A stretch of DNA of 51,534 bases from an uncultured Candidatus Saccharibacteria bacterium. Its GTDB lineage: Bacteria; Patescibacteriota; Saccharimonadia; Saccharimonadales; JAGQMS01. The DNA is taken from NCBI GenBank assembly GCA_964554485.1, contig CAZKOX010000001.1, forward strand, positions 75,363 to 126,896, given 5' to 3'. Under the pieces are notes generated by a model. It was not told the origin of the DNA, made no database searches, and worked only from the letters and a program-made list of their open reading frames with translations. Made by a program: the position numbers and the translations under genes. Of the stretch, positions 36,488-47,570 are shown in pieces (position 1 is the stretch's first letter; every line of letters starts with the position of its first letter).

Positions 36488-37114
36488 GTGAAAGCATTAA
36501 TCACAAGAAAAGTTGGAATGGCCAGTATCGTATCCGAAGACGGTGCTATGCTACCTGTTACTCTACTTTCAGCTAGCCCAAATGTTATTTCTCAAGTCAA
36601 AACCGTCGAAAAAGATGGTTATAACGCTCTACAACTTGGCTTTGAAAACAAAGCAAAGCTTGGCAAAGCAGCAGCCGGACACTTCAAAAACTCTGGTAAA
36701 ACACCAAAAGTCGTCCGCGAATTCCGTATTGACGAAGCAAACGAAGAAGAAAAAGTCGGTCTTGAAATCAAGGCCGACGTTTTTGAAGTCGGTGACGTTG
36801 TTAACGTTACCGGCACTAGTAAGGGTAAAGGTTTTGCCGGTACGATCAAGCGCTATAACTTCGGTCGTGGTCGTAAGACGCACGGTGGTCGTAGCTATCG
36901 CCGACCTGGATCAATTGGTTCAATGTATCCTCAGAAGATTTTTAAGGGTAAACGAATGGCCGGCCAGATGGGTAACGTTCGAGTAAATGTCCGAAACCTA
37001 AAAGTAGCCTTAGTAGATGTTGAGAATAATGTTATCGGTTTGGTAGGTGCAGTACCTGGTCCTCGCAAAAGTATTGTTCTTGTCCAGTCTGCTAACAAAA
37101 AGGGAGTTAAATAA
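36488..37114 (+). CDS. rplC: 50S ribosomal protein L3 (GTG start)
   Basis: SKGKGFAGTIKRYNF, RRPGSIG, KRMAGQMG. Confidence 0.97.
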   Translation: MKALITRKVGMASIVSEDGAMLPVTLLSASPNVISQVKTVEKDGYNALQLGFENKAKLGKAAAGHFKNSGKTPKVVREFRIDEANEEEKVGLEIKADVFEVGDVVNVTGTSKGKGFAGTIKRYNFGRGRKTHGGRSYRRPGSIGSMYPQKIFKGKRMAGQMGNVRVNVRNLKVALVDVENNVIGLVGAVPGPRKSIVLVQSANKKGVK

Positions 37115-37752
37115 TGGCAGTCCCAACATTCACTAACACTGGCGCTAAAGCCACTGTTGCCGCAACTCTACCAAAGGAAATCTTTGGTCTTGAGGTTAAA
37201 AATCATGAACTAGTTAAGGCTGCTTATGTCGGTTATCTTGCTAACGGCCGAAGCAATAATGCTGTAACTCTAAAACGCGGTGAAGTTCGTGGTGGTGGTA
37301 AGAAACCTTGGCGTCAAAAAGGTACAGGTCGGGCACGTTTTGGCTCAAGCCGTAACCCAATCTGGCGTGGTGGTGGTATAGCTTTTGGTCCAACTGGTGT
37401 TGAAAATTACTCAATGGGACTTAGTACCGCTAGTCGTCGACAGTCTCTTCGACAAGCACTTAGCTTAAAAAACACTGCTGGTGCAGTTTCAGTGATCGAA
37501 AAATTCAACTTTAAAGAAGCTAAGACTAAAGAAGCAGCAAAATTATTAGAAAAACTAGGCGCTAAACGAAACACCGTTATTGTTGTAGCGGCTCCAGATG
37601 TAAACCTAGCGAAGGTAATGAACAACTTACCAAATGTAATGGTTGTCACTGTTTCAAGACTTAGCACTTATCATGTCATGAACGCCGATATGCTACTGAT
37701 TGTATCTGATGCTATCGCAGGACTTACTACTCGACTAGGAGCGAAAAAATGA
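37114..37752 (+). CDS. rplD: 50S ribosomal protein L4
   Basis: KPWRQKGTGRARFGS. Confidence 0.97.
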   Translation: MAVPTFTNTGAKATVAATLPKEIFGLEVKNHELVKAAYVGYLANGRSNNAVTLKRGEVRGGGKKPWRQKGTGRARFGSSRNPIWRGGGIAFGPTGVENYSMGLSTASRRQSLRQALSLKNTAGAVSVIEKFNFKEAKTKEAAKLLEKLGAKRNTVIVVAAPDVNLAKVMNNLPNVMVVTVSRLSTYHVMNADMLLIVSDAIAGLTTRLGAKK

Positions 37753-38087
37753 CTTTAGTTATTTCTCCACGAGTTTCAGAGAAGGCCTATGCAGCAGCTG
37801 CTAACGTCGATAATGGTGTTTACACATTCGTCGTTCCAAAAACAACTAATAAGCATGAAGTTAAACTAGCTGTTGAGAAACTTTATGACGTTACTGTTAC
37901 GAATATCAATATCTCTATTCTTAAGGGAAAGACTAAGCGATTTGCGCAAAAGCGCGGCCGATCAAGCATTGGTACTCGTCAAAGTGTCAAAAAAGCCTAC
38001 GTCACTCTAAAAAGCGGTGACAGCATCCCAGTATTTAACCCAGAAGCTGCCGATGAAGCACCGGCTAAGATTAAGGGGAGTAAATAA
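37749..38087 (+). CDS. rplW: 50S ribosomal protein L23
   Basis: SEKA..YTFVV..KKAYVTL; operon position. Confidence 0.94.
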   Translation: MTLVISPRVSEKAYAAAANVDNGVYTFVVPKTTNKHEVKLAVEKLYDVTVTNINISILKGKTKRFAQKRGRSSIGTRQSVKKAYVTLKSGDSIPVFNPEAADEAPAKIKGSK

Positions 38088-38926
38088 TGGCTATTAAATC
38101 CTACCGACCAATGACACCTGGTACTCGCGGTATGACCACTCAGGATATGTCTGAAATTACTACCAAAAAGCCTGTAAAATCTCTGATTGTCGCTAAAAAG
38201 ACTATTACTGGTCGAAACAACCAAGGTCGCATTACAACACGTCACAAGGGTGGCGGTGTTCGACGTAATTACCGAATTATCAACTTCACTATGCCAGTTG
38301 GTATCGATGCTGTTGTTGAGCACATCGAGTACGACCCAAACCGTTCAGCTCGAATTGCTCGATTACATGATACAAACGGCAAGTACCACTACATTATTGC
38401 TGCACAGGGTATGAAGCAGGGTGATAAAATCTCAAGCCAAGAAGATGCTGCTGTTGAGAACGGCAACCGACTTTCTCTTCGATCAATTCCTACTGGTAGT
38501 ACGATTTATGCTATCGAATTACAGCCAGGACGAGGTTCACAGATGGTGCGCAGCGCCGGTGCGGGTGCTCAGCTAGTCGCTAAAGATGAAACCTATGCGC
38601 AAGTACGTCTACCTAGTGGCGAAGTTCGCATGGTTCACCTTGATTGTATGGCGCACATTGGTAATGTTGGTAACGTGCAACATCAGAACGTCAAAATTGG
38701 TAAAGCCGGTCGCAGTCGACGTAAGGGTATTCGTCCTACGGTTCGTGGTGTAGTTATGAACGCTGTTGATCACCCACACGGTGGTGGAGACGGTGGACGT
38801 CACCGCATGGCTAGAGCTCCAGTTACGCCTTGGGGTCAAAAGACACTTGGCTTTAAGACTAGAACTCGCAAGAGTACGAGCAAATTTATTGTTAAAAACC
38901 GCCACCAGGCAAAGAGGGGTAACTAA
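38087..38926 (+). CDS. rplB: 50S ribosomal protein L2
   Basis: GRNNQGRIT, EYDPNRSARIA, RGVVMNAVDHPHGGG. Confidence 0.98.
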   Translation: MAIKSYRPMTPGTRGMTTQDMSEITTKKPVKSLIVAKKTITGRNNQGRITTRHKGGGVRRNYRIINFTMPVGIDAVVEHIEYDPNRSARIARLHDTNGKYHYIIAAQGMKQGDKISSQEDAAVENGNRLSLRSIPTGSTIYAIELQPGRGSQMVRSAGAGAQLVAKDETYAQVRLPSGEVRMVHLDCMAHIGNVGNVQHQNVKIGKAGRSRRKGIRPTVRGVVMNAVDHPHGGGDGGRHRMARAPVTPWGQKTLGFKTRTRKSTSKFIVKNRHQAKRGN

Positions 38927-38929
38927 ACC

Positions 38930-39211
38930 ATGTCCAGATCTCTAAAAAAAGGTATGTTTATCGATCCAAAACTTATGAAAAAAGTTTCAGCACTTGGTGC
39001 AGAAGACCGAACAATCATAAAGACTTGGGCGCGAGCTTGTACGATTACGCCAGAATTTGTTGGCCGTACTATTGCTGTTCACAATGGTCGAGTTCACGTA
39101 CCTGTTTTTGTTACTGAGAACATGGTTGGGCACAAACTAGGTGAGTTTTCACCAACCCGAAAGTTCAGATCACACGGCGGTAAAATGGCTAAATCAGAAG
39201 GGGCTAAATAA
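38930..39211 (+). CDS. rpsS: 30S ribosomal protein S19
   Basis: [21 protein letters not shown]. Confidence 0.98.
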   Translation: MSRSLKKGMFIDPKLMKKVSALGAEDRTIIKTWARACTITPEFVGRTIAVHNGRVHVPVFVTENMVGHKLGEFSPTRKFRSHGGKMAKSEGAK

Positions 39212-39603
39212 TGGCAGTTCTAGCTCAAGCTAAAGGTGTGCAGATGAGCACTAGAAAAGTCGCGACTGTCGCTTCATTAGTTCGTGGTCGCATGGTTTCT
39301 GATGCACTTGTTATTCTTGCTCACACACCACGTTTCTCAGCTGAGGCTGTTGCTAAGGTTGTTAGAAGCGCTCAAGCTAACGCCGAGCATAATCATGGCT
39401 ACAAGCCAGACACACTTCGAATCGTTGAGATTTCCGTTACTTCTGGACCACGTTTAAAGCGCTACCGACCTGCAGCAAAGGGTTCTGCTAATAAGTTCCA
39501 GCACAAAAGCAGCCACATTCGTGTTATGGTTGACGGCGAAAAACGAGAAATTAAGAAAGTTGCCGCAAAACCTGCTGCTAAAACTACAAAGGAGAGCAAA
39601 TAA
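39211..39603 (+). CDS. rplV: 50S ribosomal protein L22
   Basis: SAQANAEHN, GPRLKRYRPAAKG, SHIRVMV. Confidence 0.96.
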   Translation: MAVLAQAKGVQMSTRKVATVASLVRGRMVSDALVILAHTPRFSAEAVAKVVRSAQANAEHNHGYKPDTLRIVEISVTSGPRLKRYRPAAKGSANKFQHKSSHIRVMVDGEKREIKKVAAKPAAKTTKESK

Positions 39604-40235
39604 TGGGTCACAAAGTTAATCCAATCAGCATGCGACTGCAAATCAACAAGCAGTGGCAGAGCAAATGGTTCGCTGGAAAGCGTGACTATACTACTTATTT
39701 GACTCAAGATTTAAGCGTTCGTCGCATGATTCAAGATAAACTTGGCTCAAGAGCGAGCATTAATCGTGTCGAAATCGAACGATCACAGAATTCTGTGACA
39801 GTTACGATCTTTACAGCAAAAGCTGGTGTTGTCATCGGACGAGGTGGTACGGGTGCCCAGGAACTAAAAGCCGATATTGAAAAGATTTATGGTGTACCTG
39901 TTCGCGTTAATATCGAAGAAGTTAAGAAACCTGAACTTCAGGCTAAGATCGTAGCAGAAAACATCGCTCATCAATTAGAACGACGTATCGCATTCCGACG
40001 AGCTGTAAAGCAAGCTCTAGGATCTACGATGCGTGCTGGTGCTAAAGGTATTCGTATCGAAGTTGCCGGACGTTTGAATGGCAATGATATGTCGCGTCGT
40101 GAAAAAGTGATTGAAGGTAGCGTACCGCTACATACTCTTCGTGCAGATATTGATTTTGCAAAAGCTCGAGCCGCTTATCCTGGCTCTGGCATTATTGGTG
40201 TTAAGGTTTGGATTTATAAAGGCGAGGTTCAGTAA
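39603..40235 (+). CDS. rpsC: 30S ribosomal protein S3
   Basis: [27 protein letters not shown]. Confidence 0.98.
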   Translation: MGHKVNPISMRLQINKQWQSKWFAGKRDYTTYLTQDLSVRRMIQDKLGSRASINRVEIERSQNSVTVTIFTAKAGVVIGRGGTGAQELKADIEKIYGVPVRVNIEEVKKPELQAKIVAENIAHQLERRIAFRRAVKQALGSTMRAGAKGIRIEVAGRLNGNDMSRREKVIEGSVPLHTLRADIDFAKARAAYPGSGIIGVKVWIYKGEVQ

Positions 40236-40651
40236 TGTTGTTACCTAAGAAAATGACCTATCGCCGACACTTCAAAGGCCGCACACGCGGACCAGCTACT
40301 TCTATGAATGAACTTAGTTTTGGTACTTTTGGCCTTCAGTCGCAAGAGCTGGGACGAATTACAAGCCGTCAAATCGAGGCTTCACGTCAAGCTATGACTC
40401 GATACGTAAAACGTGGTGGTAAGATCTGGATTCGAATATTTCCACACCTTCCAGTTACTAGAAAGCCACAGGATGTAAAAATGGGCGGTGGTAAGGGTTC
40501 TCCTGAGTATTTTGCAGCACGAGTATTTCCTGGAACTGTAATGTTTGAGATTGATGGTGTCACGCCTGAGATTGCTCACGAAGCGTTACGTCTTGCTGCA
40601 CATAAGTTACCAGTAAAAACAAAGGTACTTTCAAAGGTAAATCAGATATGA
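40235..40651 (+). CDS. rplP: 50S ribosomal protein L16
   Basis: [28 protein letters not shown]. Confidence 0.98.
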   Translation: MLLPKKMTYRRHFKGRTRGPATSMNELSFGTFGLQSQELGRITSRQIEASRQAMTRYVKRGGKIWIRIFPHLPVTRKPQDVKMGGGKGSPEYFAARVFPGTVMFEIDGVTPEIAHEALRLAAHKLPVKTKVLSKVNQI

Positions 40652-40917
40652 AAAAGCACATGGAACATTTATTAAAATTAGATAACTCTGCCTTAACAAA
40701 AAAGAGGATAGAGCTAATGACTGAGATTACTGAAAGCCGGCGTGGAATTATTGGTGGTGAGATTCAGAACACCCAGGTTGTTAAGACAAAACGAAAAGAG
40801 CTCGCAAGGGTTAATACATTACTTAACGCGTCAAGTAATTCAGTTGAATCTACAGAAATAGTTAAGGCTGTAAAGACAAAACCAAAGACCGCCACTAAGA
40901 CTAAGGAGACAAAATAA
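40648..40917 (+). CDS. rpmC: 50S ribosomal protein L29 with basic tail
   Basis: RKELARVNT; position between rplP and rpsQ. Confidence 0.88.
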   Translation: MKKHMEHLLKLDNSALTKKRIELMTEITESRRGIIGGEIQNTQVVKTKRKELARVNTLLNASSNSVESTEIVKAVKTKPKTATKTKETK

Positions 40918-41231
40918 TGGCTAAGATTTTAACTGGTGTGGTTGTTTCAAAGAAAACCGACAAAACCATTATTGTACTTGTCGAAACTCGTAAGACTCAT
41001 CCAATCTATAAGAAGCAATATACTATTTCGCAGCGTATCGCCGCCCATGATGAAACTAATCAGGCAAAAACCGGCGACAAGGTCACTATTGTTGAGACAC
41101 GACCGATAAGTGCAACAAAACGCTTTAAATTAGAGAATATTGTAGCTAAAGCAGGCATTGAGCACGTTGATGAAGCTGACGTTCTTGAGGTTATTAAAGC
41201 AAAGAAAGTAGCCAAGGAAGAAACCAAATGA
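40917..41231 (+). CDS. rpsQ: 30S ribosomal protein S17
   Basis: [28 protein letters not shown]. Confidence 0.97.
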   Translation: MAKILTGVVVSKKTDKTIIVLVETRKTHPIYKKQYTISQRIAAHDETNQAKTGDKVTIVETRPISATKRFKLENIVAKAGIEHVDEADVLEVIKAKKVAKEETK

Positions 41232-41596
41232 TACAGCAAGAATCAAGACTAGTCGTATGCGACAACAGTGGTGCAAAAGAAATACTTTGCATCCGTGTTC
41301 TTGGTGGCACGCGTCGACGATATGCTTTCATTGGTGATGTTATCGTAGCTACCGTCAAAACAGCCAACCCAAGCGGTAACGTCAAGCGCAAACAAGTTGT
41401 TAAAGCCGTCGTTGTTCGTACGACAAATGCGATTCACCGAAAAGATGGCACAACTCTACGCTTTGACGAAAATGCAGCAGTAATTGTTGATGATTCGAAA
41501 GAGCCAAAAGGAACCCGTATTTTTGGACCAGTTCCTCGAGAATTACGAGAACTTGGCTATTCAAAGATCATTAGCTTAGCTCCGGAGGTACTCTAA
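41228..41596 (+). CDS. rplN: 50S ribosomal protein L14
   Basis: [26 protein letters not shown]. Confidence 0.98.
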   Translation: MIQQESRLVVCDNSGAKEILCIRVLGGTRRRYAFIGDVIVATVKTANPSGNVKRKQVVKAVVVRTTNAIHRKDGTTLRFDENAAVIVDDSKEPKGTRIFGPVPRELRELGYSKIISLAPEVL

Positions 41597-41597
41597 A

Positions 41598-41954
41598 ATG
41601 AGTCAACTAAAAAATAAGAATTTGCCAAAGAAAGTATTTAAGGTTCGCCTTAAGAAAAACGACTCGGTCGTTGTTATCTCAGGTAAATATAAAGGCAAGA
41701 CTGGCAAAGTAACCGCCGTTCATCCAAGCCTAAACAAGGTTACGGTAGAAGGAATAAATATCGTCAAACGACATGTAAAATCTTCTAAAGCTAACCCTCA
41801 AGGAGCAATTTTGGAAGTTACTAAACCTATTTGGGTTAGTAAGGTGTCGATTGTTGAGCCAACTAGCAAGAAGCCAAGTAAAATCGGTTACAAAATAGAT
41901 ACTAAAGGCACTAAAACACGCGTCTTTAAGCGAACAGGTAAGGAAATTAAATAA
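41598..41954 (+). CDS. rplX: 50S ribosomal protein L24
   Basis: KOW motif VVVISGKYKGKTG. Confidence 0.97.
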   Translation: MSQLKNKNLPKKVFKVRLKKNDSVVVISGKYKGKTGKVTAVHPSLNKVTVEGINIVKRHVKSSKANPQGAILEVTKPIWVSKVSIVEPTSKKPSKIGYKIDTKGTKTRVFKRTGKEIK

Positions 41955-42628
41955 TGACTACTGCAAAACTAGATACAGCTCGAATGCGAGAGCAATACAC
42001 CACAAAGTTCCAGAGTGAACTGTTGACTGATTTGAAGCTCGGAAATCTAAATGAAGTACCAAAACTTCAAAAGATTGTCCTAAACATCGGTCTTGGTCGT
42101 GCCAAAGAAGACAAGAAAATGATGGAAGTTGCTGCAAATACTCTTCGGAAGATCACTGGTCAACAGCCAGTTGAAACTTTTGCGCGCATGTCGATTGCAA
42201 CTTTCAAACTTCGTGAAGGCATGAAGATCGGTCTTAAGGTCACATTACGCGAAAATCAAATGTACGAATTCCTTGATCGTTTGATTACGGTTGTACTGCC
42301 ACGAGTACGTGACTTCCACGGTGTATCACTCAAAGCTTTTGACAAGCAAGGTAATTACAGCCTAGGTTTAACAGATCAGTCTGTTTTCCCTGAGTTAAGC
42401 TTTGAAGAAACGACTACACTTCATGGTCTACAGATAATTTTTGTTATCGATAATGGAAGCCCGGAAAACTCTAAGGCTCTACTTGAGAAATTTGGTATGC
42501 CTTTTGAGAAGCCAGTTGTCAAACAAGAGGCCGCAAAACCGCTTCCAGTAGCACCAGTGGTCGAAGAAGAGGTTGTGATAGAAGATAAAGCAGAAAATGA
42601 AGAAGACACTAAGGGAGAGGACAAATAA
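41954..42628 (+). CDS. rplE: 50S ribosomal protein L5 with acidic tail
   Basis: [25 protein letters not shown]. Confidence 0.97.
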   Translation: MTTAKLDTARMREQYTTKFQSELLTDLKLGNLNEVPKLQKIVLNIGLGRAKEDKKMMEVAANTLRKITGQQPVETFARMSIATFKLREGMKIGLKVTLRENQMYEFLDRLITVVLPRVRDFHGVSLKAFDKQGNYSLGLTDQSVFPELSFEETTTLHGLQIIFVIDNGSPENSKALLEKFGMPFEKPVVKQEAAKPLPVAPVVEEEVVIEDKAENEEDTKGEDK

Positions 42629-42897
42629 TGGCCAAGAAATCTAGTCTCGCTAGAGACAAAAAACGACATCTTATGCATGATAAATATGCAGCGCTTCGTG
42701 CAGAACTTAAAGCTGTTGGTGATCTTGAAGGCTTACACAAATTGCCTCGCAATTCGAGCCCAACACGGTTAAACAACCGATGCAGCGAAACCGGCCGATC
42801 TCGGGGATACATGCGCCGATTTGGCCTTTCAAGATTGTCTTTCAGAGAACACGCCAGCAAAGGTGAGATACCTGGCATAACGAAGTCGAGTTGGTAA
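42628..42897 (+). CDS. rpsN: 30S ribosomal protein S14, Zn-independent (C-) form
   Basis: 89 aa; [25 protein letters not shown]; single Cys. Confidence 0.96.
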   Translation: MAKKSSLARDKKRHLMHDKYAALRAELKAVGDLEGLHKLPRNSSPTRLNNRCSETGRSRGYMRRFGLSRLSFREHASKGEIPGITKSSW

Positions 42898-42905
42898 GGA
42901 GAAAT

Positions 42906-43307
42906 ATGATAACAACTACAGATCCAATAGCAGATATGCTAACAAGAATCCGCAACGCCGCCGCTGTATCAAAGCGCGAGGTTGTATTGCCATATAGCAA
43001 AATGAAAGAAACAGTCGCTAAAGTACTTGTTAGTGCTAATTTTGTTGACCGTGTTGAAGTTTCTCAGTCTGATTCCGGTTTTAAACAACTTAAGGTTGTT
43101 ATAAACCAAGAAGATACCAACTCTCGTATTACTAGCATTGAACGCATCAGCAAACCTGGACGCCGAGTTTACGTCGGAAGCGAAGGTATTCCTACTGTCC
43201 GACAAGGACGTGGCGTAGTGGTCGTGTCTACCTCAAGAGGAGTAATGACAGGGCGACAAGCACGCAAGGAAAAACTGGGCGGCGAATTAATTTGTAAGGT
43301 GTATTAA
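42906..43307 (+). CDS. rpsH: 30S ribosomal protein S8
   Basis: DPIADMLTRIRNA, SKPGRRVY, GGELICKVY; ATG at 42906 behind AGGAG. Confidence 0.97.
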   Translation: MITTTDPIADMLTRIRNAAAVSKREVVLPYSKMKETVAKVLVSANFVDRVEVSQSDSGFKQLKVVINQEDTNSRITSIERISKPGRRVYVGSEGIPTVRQGRGVVVVSTSRGVMTGRQARKEKLGGELICKVY

Positions 43308-43309
43308 TC

Positions 43310-43849
43310 ATGAGTCGAATAGGAAAACTACCAATCGAAATTCCAAACGGTGTGACAATCACTGTCGATTCTGATTTGATTTCTGTTACCGGACCAAAGG
43401 GTAATCTTAGCCAATTCACGATGCCTGGAGTAAAGGTTGAAGTCAAAGACAACCAAGTTATTGTCAGTCGCGAATCTGATGCCCGCGAACATCGCTCAAA
43501 GCATGGACTTATGCGTACTTTAATTAGCAATATGGTAGAAGGCGTAACAACCGGATTCACGAAACAGCTAGAACTAAATGGTGTAGGGTTTAGGGTGTCT
43601 GCTGAGGGTAACCGCTTGAAATTATCGCTAGGTTTTAGCCATGAAGTTATCTTTAGTATTCCAGAAGGTATTACAGCTTCAGTAGAAGGTAATATTATTA
43701 CCATCGCCGGAATTTCTAAGCAACAAGTCGGACAGATTGCAGCTGAAATACGATCACTTAAAAAACCTGAACCATACAAGGGCAAGGGTCTAAAATATGT
43801 CGGCGAACGAATTATTCGAAAGAGCGGCAAGTCAGGTAAGGAGAAATAA
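43310..43849 (+). CDS. rplF: 50S ribosomal protein L6
   Basis: MSRIGKLP, PEPYKGKG. Confidence 0.98.
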   Translation: MSRIGKLPIEIPNGVTITVDSDLISVTGPKGNLSQFTMPGVKVEVKDNQVIVSRESDAREHRSKHGLMRTLISNMVEGVTTGFTKQLELNGVGFRVSAEGNRLKLSLGFSHEVIFSIPEGITASVEGNIITIAGISKQQVGQIAAEIRSLKKPEPYKGKGLKYVGERIIRKSGKSGKEK

Positions 43850-44202
43850 TGAACAGACTTAGTAAAAAAGTAGATAGCTTAAAGGCTCGAAAACAGCGTA
43901 TTCGAGCAAAGCTTAGTGGTACCGCACAGCGACCGCGGTTGACAGTTACTATTAGTAACACTCACGTATCGGCTCAGCTAATTGACGACGAAAGCAAATG
44001 TACCTTAGTGCAGGCAACGACTGTTGGCGGCAAGATCACTGGAACTATGACCGAAAAAGCAACCGCTATTGGTACCGAAGTTGCCAAGAGAGCAAAAGCT
44101 GCTAAGATAAGCCAAGCTATATTTGATCGTAATGGTCGCTTGTATCATGGACGCGTAAAAGCTCTAGCTGAAGCCGCTCGTGCGGAAGGACTTAAGTTTT
44201 AA
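43849..44202 (+). CDS. rplR: 50S ribosomal protein L18
   Basis: RPRL, FDRNGRLYHGRVKALAEAAR. Confidence 0.97.
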   Translation: MNRLSKKVDSLKARKQRIRAKLSGTAQRPRLTVTISNTHVSAQLIDDESKCTLVQATTVGGKITGTMTEKATAIGTEVAKRAKAAKISQAIFDRNGRLYHGRVKALAEAARAEGLKF

Positions 44203-44204
44203 TT

Positions 44205-44780
44205 ATGAAACCAAATCGAGACATGCCAGAAAAAGATACCGGATTCACAGAAAATGTGATCTCTATTGACCGTGTTGCCCGTGTTGTCAAAGGTGGACGT
44301 CGTTTCCGTTTTAGAGCGCTTGTAGTTGTTGGTGACAAATCAAACAAAGTCGGTATTGGAATTGCAAAAGGAGCAGACGTTACGACAGCAGTTTCAAAAG
44401 CAACAGATATTGCTAAAAAAAATCTAGTAGCTATCTCAGTTGTTAACGGTACTTTAGCTCATGATGTATACGCCAAGGTTGGTGGAGCAAAGATATTAAT
44501 CAAACCAGCGTCAGCCGGTACAGGTTTAATCGCTGGTGGTGTTGTTCGTTCTCTGCTAGAAGCGGTTGGCATTAATAATGCAATTTCTAAATCACTTGGT
44601 TCAAGTAATAAAATCAACATGGCCTATGCTTCACTTGAAGCACTTGCCAGTATTCAACCAAGAGAATCTTGGGTAACAACTAAAAACTACAAAGCTAACA
44701 AACCAATGTCAGAAAAGAAACAAAGTCCAGTAGCGCCAAAAACTACTGCTGGAAAGGCTAAAGCTGGAGTCGCAAAATGA
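44205..44780 (+). CDS. rpsE: 30S ribosomal protein S5
   Basis: [30 protein letters not shown]. Confidence 0.98.
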   Translation: MKPNRDMPEKDTGFTENVISIDRVARVVKGGRRFRFRALVVVGDKSNKVGIGIAKGADVTTAVSKATDIAKKNLVAISVVNGTLAHDVYAKVGGAKILIKPASAGTGLIAGGVVRSLLEAVGINNAISKSLGSSNKINMAYASLEALASIQPRESWVTTKNYKANKPMSEKKQSPVAPKTTAGKAKAGVAK

Positions 44781-45247
44781 AATTTAACGAACTAAAAGTA
44801 ACGCGTACTAAAAAATCAAACCGTGTCGGTCGCGGAATTTCTGCTGGTCAGGGAAAAACAGCTGGCCGAGGTACTAAAGGTCAAAATTCAAGAACTGGTG
44901 GTGGCGTTCGTCCTGGATTTGAAGGTGGCCAAATGCCGCTGGCTATGCGCATACCAAAACTTCGCGGTTTTAATAGCAAGCGACCATTGGTTGAAGAAGT
45001 TTACACTTCACACCTGAAGTCTCTTAAAACTAAAACTGTAGACAATCTTGTTCTTGCCGAAGCTGGGCTTATTACTAATGAAAAGTCTTTAGTGAAGCTA
45101 ATTTTTGACAAAGATCTAGAGCAGGCCTATAAGATCAGTCTTCAAGGTGCGTCGAAAAATGCGATCGCCGCCGTCAGTAAAGCTGGTGGTAGTTTTACGA
45201 AAGTTGCTAGAATTCGCAGCAAGTCTAGTAAAATTAAAGCTGATTAA
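44777..45247 (+). CDS. rplO: 50S ribosomal protein L15 (directly overlaps rpsE; no rpmD)
   Basis: [24 protein letters not shown]. Confidence 0.97.
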   Translation: MKFNELKVTRTKKSNRVGRGISAGQGKTAGRGTKGQNSRTGGGVRPGFEGGQMPLAMRIPKLRGFNSKRPLVEEVYTSHLKSLKTKTVDNLVLAEAGLITNEKSLVKLIFDKDLEQAYKISLQGASKNAIAAVSKAGGSFTKVARIRSKSSKIKAD

Positions 45248-45269
45248 TATCTAATAGGAGGGTAACAAC

Positions 45270-46775
45270 GTGAAGTGGCGACTGATATGGCGTTCACTAA
45301 AAAACCGCGAAATGCAGAAGAAGATTTTCGCTGTTCTTTTTATGATCGTTGTTTTCCGTGTGCTCTCACAAATTCCGATTCCTTTCGCTGAACCCGCTCA
45401 ATTACGCCAAGTTTTAGATAATATTTTTAGCTCTCAAGACACCCCGCAGCTGCTTAGTTTTATGAATGTACTTAGCGGCGGAGCAATAGCCAATTTCTCG
45501 ATAATGTTAGTCGGTCTTGGCCCTTACATTACATCGTCGATCATTATTCAGCTTTTGACCAAAGCTTTTCCAAAACTTGAGCAACTACAGAAGGAAGAGG
45601 GCGAGATGGGTCGCAAAAAAATTAGTCAGTACACTCGAATGCTGACACTTCCCTTAGCAATTATTCAGTCAATTGGAACGATTTTTATCGTTCGCCAATC
45701 AGCCAATCAGTTTGGCGGTTTGGGAGACGTACTATCTGGTGCAACTATGGGACGCTGGGTATTGATGGTTGCAGCACTGACGGGAGGCGCGATGATACTG
45801 ATGTGGTTAGGCGAACTCCTTACAGAAAGTGGACTTGGCAACGGTATCTCGCTACTAATCACAGTAGGTGTCGTTAGTAGCCTGCCTGGGATTGCCGGCA
45901 CACTAGTTAGTTCGACAGTAAAAGAAGGGTCTAAGTTTGAGATTTTTGGTCGCACCTTGCCAATCGACGGACGTGGATTGTCGGTAAGTTTGACGATTTT
46001 AGCTCTAACTTTGGCCCTAATTCTAATTGTTGTATGCCTTAATGAGGCTCAGAGACGTATCTCGATCTCATATGCAAAGCGAGTCCAAGGTAATCGTAAT
46101 TACGGCGATGTAAGCTCAGTATTGCCTATTAAAATGATTTTAGCAGGAGTAATTCCGATTATCTTTGCACTGGCATTTTTGTCGATACCATCATTTATCG
46201 GTGGACTAATTCAGAACTCATCTAATCCAACTTGGGCAAATTTAGGCCAGAACCTAACAACATTGTTCCAGCAGCCACAAGCTCAGGCGTATTTATCGGG
46301 CGGCTGGCAGCCATATCTATACCCAGTTGCGTATTTTGTACTGGTTTTTACCTTCACGTTCTTCTATACCAACATTACTTTCAATGCCAAGGATATTGCC
46401 GAAAACCTTCAAAAACAAGGTGGATTTGTAGCTGACAAACGTCCTGGTGGAGAGACAGAGAGGTACTTGTCGAAAGTCGTTAACAGTTTAACCTTATATG
46501 GTGCGTTTGCTTTGAGCTTCTTGGCGGTAATGCCTTATGCATTGTTAATTCTGGCAGTGAAGTTCCCGAATCTTCCACTTCCTACTAACCAAATTCAAAT
46601 TGGTGGCACCAGTATGCTGATTTTAGTGTCCGTGGCACTTGAAACATTAAGACAAGTTGAGTCAAAAGCCTTAATGTTAACTTATGACGACTACAGCATA
46701 TCTACAGAGGTAGAAAATATAAAATCTAAAAAAAGTAAAAACTTCTTGAAAAAAGTCTTTACAAGAGGTCGATAA
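45270..46775 (+). CDS. secY: Preprotein translocase subunit SecY (GTG start)
   Basis: LGPYITSSIIIQLL, GLGNGISLLI, AGVIPIIFA, GGTSMLILVSV. Confidence 0.97.
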   Translation: MKWRLIWRSLKNREMQKKIFAVLFMIVVFRVLSQIPIPFAEPAQLRQVLDNIFSSQDTPQLLSFMNVLSGGAIANFSIMLVGLGPYITSSIIIQLLTKAFPKLEQLQKEEGEMGRKKISQYTRMLTLPLAIIQSIGTIFIVRQSANQFGGLGDVLSGATMGRWVLMVAALTGGAMILMWLGELLTESGLGNGISLLITVGVVSSLPGIAGTLVSSTVKEGSKFEIFGRTLPIDGRGLSVSLTILALTLALILIVVCLNEAQRRISISYAKRVQGNRNYGDVSSVLPIKMILAGVIPIIFALAFLSIPSFIGGLIQNSSNPTWANLGQNLTTLFQQPQAQAYLSGGWQPYLYPVAYFVLVFTFTFFYTNITFNAKDIAENLQKQGGFVADKRPGGETERYLSKVVNSLTLYGAFALSFLAVMPYALLILAVKFPNLPLPTNQIQIGGTSMLILVSVALETLRQVESKALMLTYDDYSISTEVENIKSKKSKNFLKKVFTRGR

Positions 46776-46786
46776 GTCGGTATAAT
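46758..46786 (+). promoter_or_regulatory. Promoter of the infA-alpha operon inside the secY 3' end
   Basis: TTTACA-17nt-TATAAT. Confidence 0.75.
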
Positions 46787-46803
46787 CCACCCCTGTTGCA
46801 CCT

Positions 46804-47022
46804 ATGGCTAATAATAAGGAAGTAATCGAACTCGCAGGCGTGATTGTAGAAACGCTTCCAGGAACACAATTTGTTGTGGAACTAGAAAATGGCCATAGAA
46901 TCATCGCTCATGTCTCAGGACGAATGCGCAAGAATTACATTCGCTTAGTACCCGGAGACGGCGTGACGGTAGAATTGACACCTTATGATCTTACAAAGGG
47001 TCGGATTACCTATCGCAAGTAG
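46804..47022 (+). CDS. infA: Translation initiation factor IF-1
   Basis: [25 protein letters not shown]. Confidence 0.98.
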   Translation: MANNKEVIELAGVIVETLPGTQFVVELENGHRIIAHVSGRMRKNYIRLVPGDGVTVELTPYDLTKGRITYRK

Positions 47023-47049
47023 AAAATTTAATTGCACGAGGAAGAGTTT

Positions 47050-47166
47050 ATGAAGGTACGCGCTAGCGTCAAAAAAATTAGTCCAGACGACCAGATAGTA
47101 CGACGTAAAGGTCGTGTCTACGTAATTAATAAACTTAAGCCTCGACATAAGCAGAGACAAGGTTAA
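47050..47166 (+). CDS. rpmJ: 50S ribosomal protein L36, Zn-independent (C-) form (not in the ORF track)
   Basis: Manual translation [38 protein letters not shown]. Confidence 0.97.
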   Translation: MKVRASVKKISPDDQIVRRKGRVYVINKLKPRHKQRQG

Positions 47167-47169
47167 TAA

Positions 47170-47556
47170 ATGGCTCGAATTAGCGGCATCACCATTCCTA
47201 GCGAAAAACAAGTCCACATCGCGTTGACTTACGTTTACGGTATTGGTCCAAAAACTAGTCTATCGATCCTTGAGATGGCAAAGATTGAACCGACAGTTCG
47301 AGTTAAGCAGCTAACAGAGGATGAAATTAGTCGAATCCAGTCAACAATTGACAATAATTACATGGTTGAAGGTGATCTTCAGAGAATCGTCACAACTAAC
47401 ATTAAGCGTCTTAAGGACATCGGTGCGTATCGTGGTCTTCGACACAAAGCTAATCTTCCATCACGCGGTCAAAGAACACGTACAAATGCCCGTACACGAC
47501 GTGGTAAGAAGATTACAGTCGGTGGTACAGCTAAAAAAGTAGCTGCTAAGACGTAA
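47170..47556 (+). CDS. rpsM: 30S ribosomal protein S13
   Basis: MARISG, YRGLRH..LPSRGQRTRTNART. Confidence 0.98.
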   Translation: MARISGITIPSEKQVHIALTYVYGIGPKTSLSILEMAKIEPTVRVKQLTEDEISRIQSTIDNNYMVEGDLQRIVTTNIKRLKDIGAYRGLRHKANLPSRGQRTRTNARTRRGKKITVGGTAKKVAAKT

Positions 47557-47570
47557 AAAACAGGAAAATT

